Below are positions 34,491 through 42,250 of a stretch of DNA of 42,250 nucleotides, one piece after another; position 1 is the first letter of the stretch, and every line of letters begins with the position of its first letter. Source of the stretch: an uncultured Alphaproteobacteria bacterium (GTDB lineage: Bacteria > Electryoneota > RPQS01); the NCBI GenBank assembly GCA_964370805.1, contig CAYJKM010000006.1:1-42250 (forward strand). The letters are read 5' to 3'. The position numbers and the translations under genes were made by a program. The notes beneath the pieces are model-generated. The model was not told the DNA's origin and searched no databases. It saw only the letters and a list, made by a program, of their open reading frames with translations.

Positions 34491-36212
34491 ATGATGAAGC
34501 GTCACAAGTTGGGAATTGGTTTGGACATCGGGAGCCGCTCGATTCAGCTCTCGGTCCTGCGTTCGGCCAAAAACGGTACGGTGCTGGAGCGGTTAGCCTC
34601 CAAGGAGCTGCCGCATGATACGATCGTGGAAGGCGCCGTGATGGATTCACAGGTCCTCTCGGAGGCAATCTCCTCGCTGCTGAAAGAGCACAAGCTGCAG
34701 GGCAAGGAGGCGGCGCTCTCGATCAGCGGCCGTCAGGTCATGATTAAGCGGATCGACACGGATGAGATGACGGATGACGAACTGGACTCCGCCATCATGT
34801 ACGAGGCGAAGAGCAATCTGCCCTTCGACATCAGCGAAGTGTCCTTGGATTACGCTCGCCTGCCGCAGGAGCTGGATTCCGGTCGCATGGAGGTCTTGCT
34901 GGTGGCGGCGAAGAACGAGATCATCCTGGATGCGACGGAACCCGTGCGTTGGGCCGGCGGCCGTCCCGGGCTGTTGGAAGCCGAGCCGTTTGCCCTGCAA
35001 GCGGCGCTGCATGAAGCCGGTTATCTCGACAGTGACATGCCCGTTGCCGCTCTGCAAATCGGTTTTCAATCGACAGATGTTACGCTCTTTCAGAATGGAC
35101 AGTTTGAGACGAACCGCAACCTGCACATCGGCGGGAAGACATATATTGAAGAGTTGATCCGGGATTTGGGCATCACCTTCGAGCGGGCCGCCGGCATTCT
35201 GGCTCGCCCGCACCGGACGGAAGAAGAGCAGCATGCGTTAGATCGGATTGCTCAGCGGGTCGCCGACAAGCTGTCGGACTTGATTGAGCGTGCCATGCCG
35301 GAGTATTTCGGCGACACGGCTGACCGTCACGTGGGTACGGTCGCGCTGTGCGGCGGGGGCGCACACTTGCCGATGCTCGAAATTGCGCTGCGCCAAAAGC
35401 TCGGCGTCCAGGTGGAGATCGTCAATCCGTTTCGCCATCTGGAGATCAACAGCCACAATGTGAATCCGGCGCACACCGAGTGCGGACCGGAATTCACAAC
35501 CTCGGTCGGGCTGGCGTTGCGCGCGCTCGGTGATATCCATACCGGCTTCGATCTACTGTCGCCGTCGCACAAGAAGACGGCAGGCGGCGTCAACAATCCC
35601 GGTTCCGGCGCGGTCGCGGCGATTCTGACGTTCTCGGCGATGCTGCTGGGAATGGTCATGCTGCATATCACACAGGAGAACAAGCTTGCCGCATTGCAGG
35701 GTCGGCTCGACAATCTGAAAAAGGAAACCGACCTCTATCGCGACAAGATCGCGTTAGTCGAAGACCTGACGCAGAAACGCGCGGACATCGCCGCCCGCAT
35801 TGACGTCATCGCAAGTCTGGACAAGAATCGCTTCGCGCGCGTGAAGATGGCGCAGCTGCTGAATCGAACGCTGCCGGAATTGACCTGGCTGTCGAGCGTG
35901 TCCGAAGTGAGCACGAGTCGCGGGCCCGGATTCAACGTCTCAGGGGTGACCAGCTCCAATCTCAAGGTCAGCCAGTTCATGACCAATTTACTGCGGGATC
36001 AGGAGGTGCGCGGAGTTGATCTGTTGGTTTCGGAACAGGGCGAGATGGCCGAGGTGGACATCACGCAGTTCACGCTCCAAGTCGCCTATCCGGTCCTGGG
36101 GATCGTGGCTCCGCCGCCGCTGCGGCCGGCCAACGAACTTGCGCAGGGGGCGAAAGCCATTCGCGAGAAGCGCAGAGCGCAGTCTCAAATGATGAAAGAA
36201 TCCTCAAAATAG
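34491..36212 (+). CDS. pilM: PilM-PilN fusion protein
   Basis: GLDIGS...LCGGGA...VGLALR (PilM) continues in frame into FDLLSP, a TM helix, coiled coil and LPELTWL...FMTNL (PilN). Confidence 0.88.
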   Translation: MMKRHKLGIGLDIGSRSIQLSVLRSAKNGTVLERLASKELPHDTIVEGAVMDSQVLSEAISSLLKEHKLQGKEAALSISGRQVMIKRIDTDEMTDDELDSAIMYEAKSNLPFDISEVSLDYARLPQELDSGRMEVLLVAAKNEIILDATEPVRWAGGRPGLLEAEPFALQAALHEAGYLDSDMPVAALQIGFQSTDVTLFQNGQFETNRNLHIGGKTYIEELIRDLGITFERAAGILARPHRTEEEQHALDRIAQRVADKLSDLIERAMPEYFGDTADRHVGTVALCGGGAHLPMLEIALRQKLGVQVEIVNPFRHLEINSHNVNPAHTECGPEFTTSVGLALRALGDIHTGFDLLSPSHKKTAGGVNNPGSGAVAAILTFSAMLLGMVMLHITQENKLAALQGRLDNLKKETDLYRDKIALVEDLTQKRADIAARIDVIASLDKNRFARVKMAQLLNRTLPELTWLSSVSEVSTSRGPGFNVSGVTSSNLKVSQFMTNLLRDQEVRGVDLLVSEQGEMAEVDITQFTLQVAYPVLGIVAPPPLRPANELAQGAKAIREKRRAQSQMMKESSK

Positions 36213-36239
36213 ATCTCCGGAAGATCGGTGGAGACACAA

Positions 36240-36668
36240 ATGAAAGCGCATTCAATTTACTTCTTGTTGGCCGGCTTCGTTTTGCTGACAACGGCCGGCT
36301 GTGATGAAGGGATCGATGATTGGAACAGTTCAGCGACCATCTCGGGCTACGTTTACACCGATCCTTCGCACACGCAGGGAATCCCCGGTGTGCAGGTGAT
36401 TCTCGAATCGGATCCCAGCGCCGACAATCCGTATGAAGGGCCCGATCGCTGGACGTCCACGAATGGCCAGGGCTATTTCCAAGGCTCCGTCTTTCTGGGA
36501 CGCAATGCGGAGACCGGCAGCTATCACTATGTCGCGGACATGAGCGTCGCCTACTTCTACGAGAACAAGACGTTTCGCTGGAGCGGCGGAATCACGGTCG
36601 GTCCCGGTTCCGACTTCACTCTGCCGCCGGTGGATACGACCATGTTCATATCCATGGGCGGGCAATAG
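36240..36668 (+). CDS. Small beta-rich lipoprotein of unknown function
   Basis: TTAG|C lipobox-like site; ATISGYVY...GIPGVQV...TSTNGQGYF (prealbumin/Cna-like pattern); GGAG RBS. Confidence 0.7.
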   Translation: MKAHSIYFLLAGFVLLTTAGCDEGIDDWNSSATISGYVYTDPSHTQGIPGVQVILESDPSADNPYEGPDRWTSTNGQGYFQGSVFLGRNAETGSYHYVADMSVAYFYENKTFRWSGGITVGPGSDFTLPPVDTTMFISMGGQ

Positions 36669-36676
36669 GAGCACTT

Positions 36677-37348
36677 ATGCGCCTGAATCTTCGAAAACCC
36701 TCCACGCAAAAGTGGATTCTCAGTGTCGGCTTGGCGTTTACAATGCTCTATGGCTATGTCCAGTTCGTTTACGTTCCGCGCCAGGAACACGCGCAGAAAC
36801 TGACGGACGACATCAAGACGGAAATGGAGATGCTGGCCAAAGGGAAGCGGATTGCGGCCAATTTCCAGACCGTGCAGGATGACTATGGCCGGCTGCTGCA
36901 CAGCTGGGATATCGCACACGAACTGCTGCCGACGTCGCGCGAAATGGAAGATCTGTTGCGCAACGTCGCCATGAAGGGCCAGCAGCACTCGGTGGACTTC
37001 CTCCTGTTCAAGCCGATGGAGCCGGTCGAGCAGCCGTATTATTGGGAGAATCCGATCCAGATCAAGACGCTTTCGAACTATCACAATCTGGGGCGGTTCA
37101 TGTCCGACGTGGCGTCACTGGATCGCATCGTGAACATCAACAACGTGAAGCTCTCGGCCTTTCGGCCGAATCGGGGCCGCAGCCCCAATACGGTCGAGGC
37201 GGACTTTGTAGCCACGATCTATATCTTCAAAGAACTCGGTTCGCCGGCGGAAATCGAAACACCGCCGGAAGACAATTCCAAGAAGCCGCACGGTAAAGCC
37301 GGAGGCAACAGAGCCGCGCGCGGCAAGTCGGGAAAGGGTGAAACATGA
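36677..37348 (+). CDS. pilO: Type IVa pilus alignment protein PilO
   Basis: N-terminal TM and coiled coil, LLPTSREMEDLL, YHNLGRFMSDVASLDRIVNI. Confidence 0.9.
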   Translation: MRLNLRKPSTQKWILSVGLAFTMLYGYVQFVYVPRQEHAQKLTDDIKTEMEMLAKGKRIAANFQTVQDDYGRLLHSWDIAHELLPTSREMEDLLRNVAMKGQQHSVDFLLFKPMEPVEQPYYWENPIQIKTLSNYHNLGRFMSDVASLDRIVNINNVKLSAFRPNRGRSPNTVEADFVATIYIFKELGSPAEIETPPEDNSKKPHGKAGGNRAARGKSGKGET

Positions 37349-37917
37349 TGTTTCAAGTGATTGCAATCATACTCATGTTGCTCGTGGCGAGTCCGGCCAT
37401 GTCTGATGAGGAGTCCAACGGCGCCAACGCGACCGCGGAATCGAATCCGGTGACGGAGCCGTCGGGGGCGCGCGATGAGCAGGACAATGAAACGCTTTCG
37501 ACGGAACTGCGCGGCATCGATTCACTCGGAGTCATGCCCAAGGTCGTCGCTACACCCTATCAAGGCGGGACGCGGCGCGTGGAACTGGAAAGCACGGTGT
37601 TCCGTCGCGAGCAGCCGTTTGTTTACAATTCCGCCGCTCAGCGCGATCCATTTCGAGCGTTGATTGCCGATGAAAAGAAGGAAGGCGAAATTCAAACCGA
37701 CCTCTTGATCGTCGAGGGCGCGGTCTTGACCGGAATCGTGTGGGCGGAAGGCCACTATCTGGCAATGATCCGCGACAAGGACAGCCGCACGTTTTTCCTG
37801 CGCGAGGGCGATCCCGTCTACTCGGGGAGCGTCACCTCAGTCACGGAATCCCACGTCATGTTTGAGATCTCCACGTTCGGAGATTATCAACGCGTAACCC
37901 TGAAAGTAAACGGCTGA
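37345..37917 (+). CDS. pilP: PilP-like protein
   Basis: YNSxxxRDPF, LTGIVW...AMI, position between pilO and pilQ. Confidence 0.75.
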   Translation: MMFQVIAIILMLLVASPAMSDEESNGANATAESNPVTEPSGARDEQDNETLSTELRGIDSLGVMPKVVATPYQGGTRRVELESTVFRREQPFVYNSAAQRDPFRALIADEKKEGEIQTDLLIVEGAVLTGIVWAEGHYLAMIRDKDSRTFFLREGDPVYSGSVTSVTESHVMFEISTFGDYQRVTLKVNG

Positions 37918-37970
37918 TGCTTAACCATAAGATACACGAACCATTCCCGAACCGGGGAAAGGTGCTGATC

Positions 37971-39203
37971 ATGAAAACGTTGCTTGCCGGCCTCATACTG
38001 ATCTTGGTGGGGCTGAACACCGTGCCCGCGGCCGCACAGGTGGCACCCTATCGCGGATCCTCCGGCCACATCTCGATGAATGTGGAGGAGGCCGATATTC
38101 GCGCCGTATTGCGCAGCATTTCCGAATTCTCGGGGATGAATATCGTCGCCGGTTCTGAAGTGAAGGGACCCGTAACGGTGCTGCTCCATGACGTACCATG
38201 GCGGGAAGCGCTGGAGAGTATTCTGCGCATGAACGACTTCGTCTCCATTGAGGAGCACGGAGTCATCCGCGTCGCCACTCACAAGGACTATGAGCAGGCT
38301 GCAAAACTGCAAGCGCTTGTGACGGCGATCTATGAAGTCAAATACGCGCGGGCTGAGAAACTTCAGGCCGTGGTGAGCAAACTCCTGAGCGAGCGCGGCA
38401 AAGCACAGGCGGACATTCGGGCGAATGCCCTGATCATCACCGACATTCCACGCGTGGTGACGATGATGGACTCGGTGGTGGCGCGTCTGGACAGGCCGAC
38501 GGCGCAGGTTTTGATCGAGTCCAAGATCGTCGAGGTGGATGCAAGCTCAAGTCGCGAATTGGGTGTGGACTGGAGTCTTGGAAATCTTGCCAATCCGCTC
38601 ACCAATACTCGGGCGGGCGCCAATGTCGATCTCGGAGTGCGTGATCCGGCCGGAAGCTTCAGCTTCGGGCGCCTGCAAAACGGCGTCGCCATCGAAGCTC
38701 AACTGAGCGCGCTGGAAGAGAACAACAAAGCCAATATCCTGTCACAACCCTCCGTGCTCATCAACGACAATGAAGAGGCGATTGTGATGTCGGGGAAGCG
38801 GATTCCGATCAACGTGCTCGATCAGGCCGGCAATCTGATCACGGAATTCTATGATGTTGCCGTCAAGCTCACCGTTACGCCGCACATCAATCCCAAAAAC
38901 GAGGTCCTGATGTCGCTGAAGCCGGAAGTGTCGGAACTGTCCGGTGAAGCGACGGTGTCTGGCGGCGTGATTATCCTCACATCCGAAGTTTCGACGACGC
39001 TGCTGGTCAAAGACGGCGAGACGGTGGTCATTGGCGGCGTCATTCGTTCGAAGGACGGACTCCTCGAGCGTCGTGTGCCGCTGTTGCACGCCATACCGCT
39101 CTTTGGACGCTTATTCTCCTACTCTGCCAAGACGTTTGACAAGACGGAAATCCTGGTCTTTGTCACGCCACACGTGATACCGATCAGCATGGCCTCGAAG
39201 TAG
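37971..39203 (+). CDS. pilQ: Secretin PilQ (compact)
   Basis: ISMNVEEADIRAVL, DVPWREAL, QVLIESKIVE, LTVTPHI, DGETVVIGG, PLLHAIPLFGRLF, VFVTPHVI. Confidence 0.93.
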   Translation: MKTLLAGLILILVGLNTVPAAAQVAPYRGSSGHISMNVEEADIRAVLRSISEFSGMNIVAGSEVKGPVTVLLHDVPWREALESILRMNDFVSIEEHGVIRVATHKDYEQAAKLQALVTAIYEVKYARAEKLQAVVSKLLSERGKAQADIRANALIITDIPRVVTMMDSVVARLDRPTAQVLIESKIVEVDASSSRELGVDWSLGNLANPLTNTRAGANVDLGVRDPAGSFSFGRLQNGVAIEAQLSALEENNKANILSQPSVLINDNEEAIVMSGKRIPINVLDQAGNLITEFYDVAVKLTVTPHINPKNEVLMSLKPEVSELSGEATVSGGVIILTSEVSTTLLVKDGETVVIGGVIRSKDGLLERRVPLLHAIPLFGRLFSYSAKTFDKTEILVFVTPHVIPISMASK

Positions 39204-39270
39204 GACAAGCATAGGGATCAGACCGCCATCGACTAAATCATGCACGAGGGAATGCACGAGTTGCATGGAC

Positions 39271-39295
39271 AGAAAGCCTCCGTTGGAGGCTTTCT
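39271..39295. terminator. Terminator closing the pilus operon
   Basis: AGAAAGCCTCC-GTT-GGAGGCTTTCT. Confidence 0.7.
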
Positions 39296-39364
39296 AATTG
39301 TTATTACTTGTGTTGACAGTTAGCTCGAAGTTTGCAGAAGTTCAAAATATCCTCCGCATTCCAA

Positions 39365-39393
39365 TTGACATTCAGGCTTAAATTCATTAGCTT
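39365..39393 (+). promoter_or_regulatory. sigma70 promoter candidate for the protease
   Basis: TTGACA-17 nt-TAGCTT. Confidence 0.55.
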
Positions 39394-39470
39394 TTATTGT
39401 TTATAGACTCGCCTCGACCACGAGGCCTCCTCGCGCTTTTCTGCTACCCTAACTTGATGGAGCTGTTCGC

Positions 39471-42224
39471 ATGATTCGGTGGTCGCTTTTCTTACTGCTT
39501 TTCACAGTCACGTCCCTTCCCGTCATCGGCGGGCCTGCGGATCAATGGACGGAGAGTGAGTATCTCCCCGGTCGTTTGATCGTGGACTTCTCTCAGTCCA
39601 TCAATCCACGTGTTCCGGCGTTGGATCAGAATGGGATCGTGCAGCTTGGAATCCCCTCGCTGGATAACATCTTTCAGGAATTTGAAGTGACGAAAGCTGT
39701 CCGGCTTGTCCCGGACGGTATCATTGCCAAACTGAAAACACCGTCGGACTTGTATCGCACGTACGTGCTTGTGTTCCGTCCGGAGTATTCCGTTCTGGAT
39801 GCCTTGGATCGTTTGGCGGGCGACGCCAACGTGGTCAGCGTTCAGCCGGACATTCTTTACAGGATTGACCGCATTCCCAACGATGCTTTCTGGAACAGCA
39901 TGTGGGACAAGCAGATCATGGGCGTGGACGTCGCGTGGGAATTCTCGACTGGCGATCCAAGTATCATCTGTGCCGGAATTGACACCGGCGTGGATTGGAA
40001 CCATCCCGATATCGGCATGATGGACACCAGCAATGCATCCCTCGGCTGGCGGCTCTGGGTGAATCCGGATGAAGACTTGGATCAGGACGGGATTCCGTAC
40101 GTCTGGACCGATTATCCGGGCGATCCTGACGATCTGAACGGCCTTGACGACGGTGAAAACGGCTACGTTGACGATTTCCTCGGCTGGGATTTCATCAACA
40201 ACATTGGCGGCTGCTATCCTGGCGAAGATTGCGACAACATGGACAACGACATGTTTGGTTTGGAATCGCACGGTACGCACGTCGGCGGACTCATGGCCGC
40301 CCACGGAAACAATGGAATTGGGGTGGCCGGCGGAATGTGGGACGGCCGGCTGATGGCGCTTCGTGCCGGATATCTGAGCAATGATAATCCTCCGCAGGGA
40401 TACATGCCGGAGAGTGCCACAGCCCCGGCGATTTATTACGCCGCCGCCAATGGAGCCAGAGTGCTTAACATGTCTTACGGCGGCGGATCGTTTTCACCGC
40501 AGGGCAACAACGCCTGCCAGTCGGCTTGGAACCAGGGTTGCCTGTTATTCGCGGCTTCGGGAAACAACTACGGTAACATTAATCCTCACTACCCGGCAGC
40601 TTATGACAATGTGATCGCCGTAAATTCGATTGATAACGGCGACATCATCTCCGACTTTTCGAATTACGGAACGTGGACGGATCTAAATGCGCCGGGCGGC
40701 AGTCCGGGCGTGTGGAGCACGATCATCAATGGCTACACCGCTTATTTCGGCACGTCGATGGCCAGCCCGAACGCGGCCGGCGTCGGCGCCTTGCTGTGGA
40801 GTCTTTTTCCTGAGTACACGAACGTGCAGATTCGAGATTGGCTTTTTGACTCCGCGGAAGATATTACGGACGAGAACCCTGGTATTCCACCGAACTACCT
40901 TGGCCACGGCCGCGTGAGTGCCGAAAATGCGGTCGCCTCGGTGTTTCCATTGTTGACGGTAGAGAGTCAGTCGCTCACGGATGCGTCGGGCGATAATGAT
41001 CATCGCCTCGAAGCCGGGGAAACAGGACAACTCGTTCTGACGGTTGCGAACGCGGAAGGCTGGACTGAAGGTGAAGATCTCACCGCCACCGTCTCCACGA
41101 CGAATGGCAGTTTGACGATTACGAACGGCACGTTCTCACTGGGGGATATTCTGCCCGGCAGTAGCGCGAACAACGCCGCAAATCCGGTGAATATCACGGC
41201 CGCGGCGGACATCTACGCGGCGTTCTGGGCGGAACTCGCGGTCGTCTTCTCCTCACCAAGCGGTTTCCAACAGACTGTGTTCACGAACCTCCGTGTCGGA
41301 CGCGGCCATGTCTTGATCGTCGATGACGACGGTGCGAACAACTACGAGACGTACTACGAGACAACGATCGAACAATTCACGCTGACTCCCGATGTCTGGT
41401 CCACGTCGCTTGACGGCGCGATGCCGGCCAGCGAACTGGAGCATTATTCGGCAATTATTTGGGAGTGCGGGAACGAAGCCACGAACACGCTCACGACCGA
41501 AGATCAAGCCAACCTGACCAATTTCTTGAATGCGGGCGGTGATCTGTTGCTGGTCGGTCAGAACATCACGGAAGACATCGGCGCATCGGCGTTTCACACA
41601 GACGTCTTGCATGCTCAGAACGAAGGTGTGGCAGGCAACCGTCAGCTCACCGGGATTGCCGGGAACGTCATTTCGGACGGCCTCGAATTGTTATTGCTTG
41701 GCGGAGCCTGTGCCGGAAATGGCCAACTCAGCCCATCCCGCATCCTGCCTCTAACCGGCGCCGTGGCAATGTTTGATTACACCGATGGCGGCATCGGCGC
41801 TGTTCAGTACGAAGGCGCGGGCAAAGTGGCCTACTTCGCCTTTGCGCTGGAAGCGGCGTGCGGCATGGCCGAGACGGACCATCACAACGTTGTTATTCGT
41901 GAAGTGCTGGAGTGGTTTGGAATCAATGATGCGCCCGAGCCGCCTGCTGGAGAGCTTCCTACTACGGTGGCGTTGCACGGCAACTATCCTAATCCCTTCA
42001 ATCCGACCACCACGATCTCCTTTGATCTGTCCACGCGTACCGCCGTCGAACTCAAGGTGTATGACGTGACCGGTCGTGAAGTAGCGACGCTGGTGAGCAC
42101 AAGCTTGAATGCAGGAACTCATCACGTGCAGTTTGACGGTTCTAATCTCGCCAGCGGCGTTTATCTCGTCCGCTTGAATGCCGGAAACACGAATCTGTCC
42201 TCAAAGATGGTCCTGATGAAGTGA
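39471..42224 (+). CDS. Secreted S8 (subtilisin-like) serine protease with T9SS type-A-like C-terminal sorting domain
   Basis: Signal peptide; triad GIDTG, HGTHVGG, GTSMASP; oxyanion AASGN; tail NYPNPFNP...VYDVTGREV...LASGVYLVRL...KMVLMK. Confidence 0.93.
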   Translation: MIRWSLFLLLFTVTSLPVIGGPADQWTESEYLPGRLIVDFSQSINPRVPALDQNGIVQLGIPSLDNIFQEFEVTKAVRLVPDGIIAKLKTPSDLYRTYVLVFRPEYSVLDALDRLAGDANVVSVQPDILYRIDRIPNDAFWNSMWDKQIMGVDVAWEFSTGDPSIICAGIDTGVDWNHPDIGMMDTSNASLGWRLWVNPDEDLDQDGIPYVWTDYPGDPDDLNGLDDGENGYVDDFLGWDFINNIGGCYPGEDCDNMDNDMFGLESHGTHVGGLMAAHGNNGIGVAGGMWDGRLMALRAGYLSNDNPPQGYMPESATAPAIYYAAANGARVLNMSYGGGSFSPQGNNACQSAWNQGCLLFAASGNNYGNINPHYPAAYDNVIAVNSIDNGDIISDFSNYGTWTDLNAPGGSPGVWSTIINGYTAYFGTSMASPNAAGVGALLWSLFPEYTNVQIRDWLFDSAEDITDENPGIPPNYLGHGRVSAENAVASVFPLLTVESQSLTDASGDNDHRLEAGETGQLVLTVANAEGWTEGEDLTATVSTTNGSLTITNGTFSLGDILPGSSANNAANPVNITAAADIYAAFWAELAVVFSSPSGFQQTVFTNLRVGRGHVLIVDDDGANNYETYYETTIEQFTLTPDVWSTSLDGAMPASELEHYSAIIWECGNEATNTLTTEDQANLTNFLNAGGDLLLVGQNITEDIGASAFHTDVLHAQNEGVAGNRQLTGIAGNVISDGLELLLLGGACAGNGQLSPSRILPLTGAVAMFDYTDGGIGAVQYEGAGKVAYFAFALEAACGMAETDHHNVVIREVLEWFGINDAPEPPAGELPTTVALHGNYPNPFNPTTTISFDLSTRTAVELKVYDVTGREVATLVSTSLNAGTHHVQFDGSNLASGVYLVRLNAGNTNLSSKMVLMK

Positions 42225-42247
42225 CCTTGCGACACGTCGCAAGGTCA
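42222..42247 (+). terminator. Hairpin overlapping the protease stop codon
   Basis: TGACCTTGCGAC / GTCGCAAGGTCA inverted repeat; the window ends before a U-tract can be judged. Confidence 0.5.
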
Positions 42248-42250
42248 TCC

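Noticed and set aside
1042-37970. Longer upstream starts in the ORF track (1042, 2315, 5214, 6244, 11055, 13439, 28262, 32844, 34413, 37917)
   Set aside because: They overlap upstream genes or promoters; downstream ATGs fit RBS position, signal peptides or family N-termini better.
8465-39203. Classifying the cluster as a type II secretion system
   Set aside because: Two PilT-family ATPases, PilM/O/P and PilSR indicate a type IVa pilus despite the GspG-like pilin.
39240-39260. ATGCACGAG direct repeat after pilQ
   Set aside because: Only two 9-mers with no supporting context; could be chance.
7106-40304. Long minus-strand ORFs (e.g. 7106-7765, 8489-9229, 11526-12233, 25651-26421, 33749-34492, 39492-40304)
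   Set aside because: Shadow ORFs opposite well-supported genes in GC-rich DNA, with no recognisable motifs.

Overview
Chromosomal window from a Gram-negative bacterium, probably a non-Bacteroidota FCB-group lineage (inferred from a T9SS-type C-terminal sorting tail occurring with canonical TTGACA-type sigma70 promoters). Every credible gene is on the + strand. 1-8.3 kb holds housekeeping and accessory genes: a stand-alone IS1 InsA-like Zn-finger/HTH ORF, tRNA-Pro(TGG), rpmE, DUF1385, a Cys-rich secreted protein, DoxX, DUF1428, a repeat-flanked 3-gene cassette, queC, a parS-like site and ychF. 8.4-39.2 kb is one ~31 kb type IVa pilus cluster with three sigma54 promoters: pilB-[cyclase-like]-pilT-pilC-pilS-pilR-pilA, a second sigma54 regulator, a 2013-aa Ig-repeat lipoprotein plus beta-barrel, pilV/W/X, TPR, pilU-like, DUF4388, an MshEN-DnaA-ATPase fusion, a CheY-like receiver, a PAS kinase, a pilMN fusion, a lipoprotein and pilO/P/Q. 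The window ends with a T9SS-tailed S8 protease. The most striking signal is a set of full-length but catalytically remodelled proteins inside the pilus cluster: two reciprocally defective histidine kinases (one has the phospho-His but degenerate ATP-binding boxes, the other intact ATP boxes but no His), a nucleotidyl-cyclase fold lacking its metal-binding Asp motifs, and a PilB-N-terminus/DnaA-AAA+ fusion lacking the DNA-binding domain, Arg finger and sensor II. All calls come from motif recognition by eye; no searches were run, so novelty is unverified.
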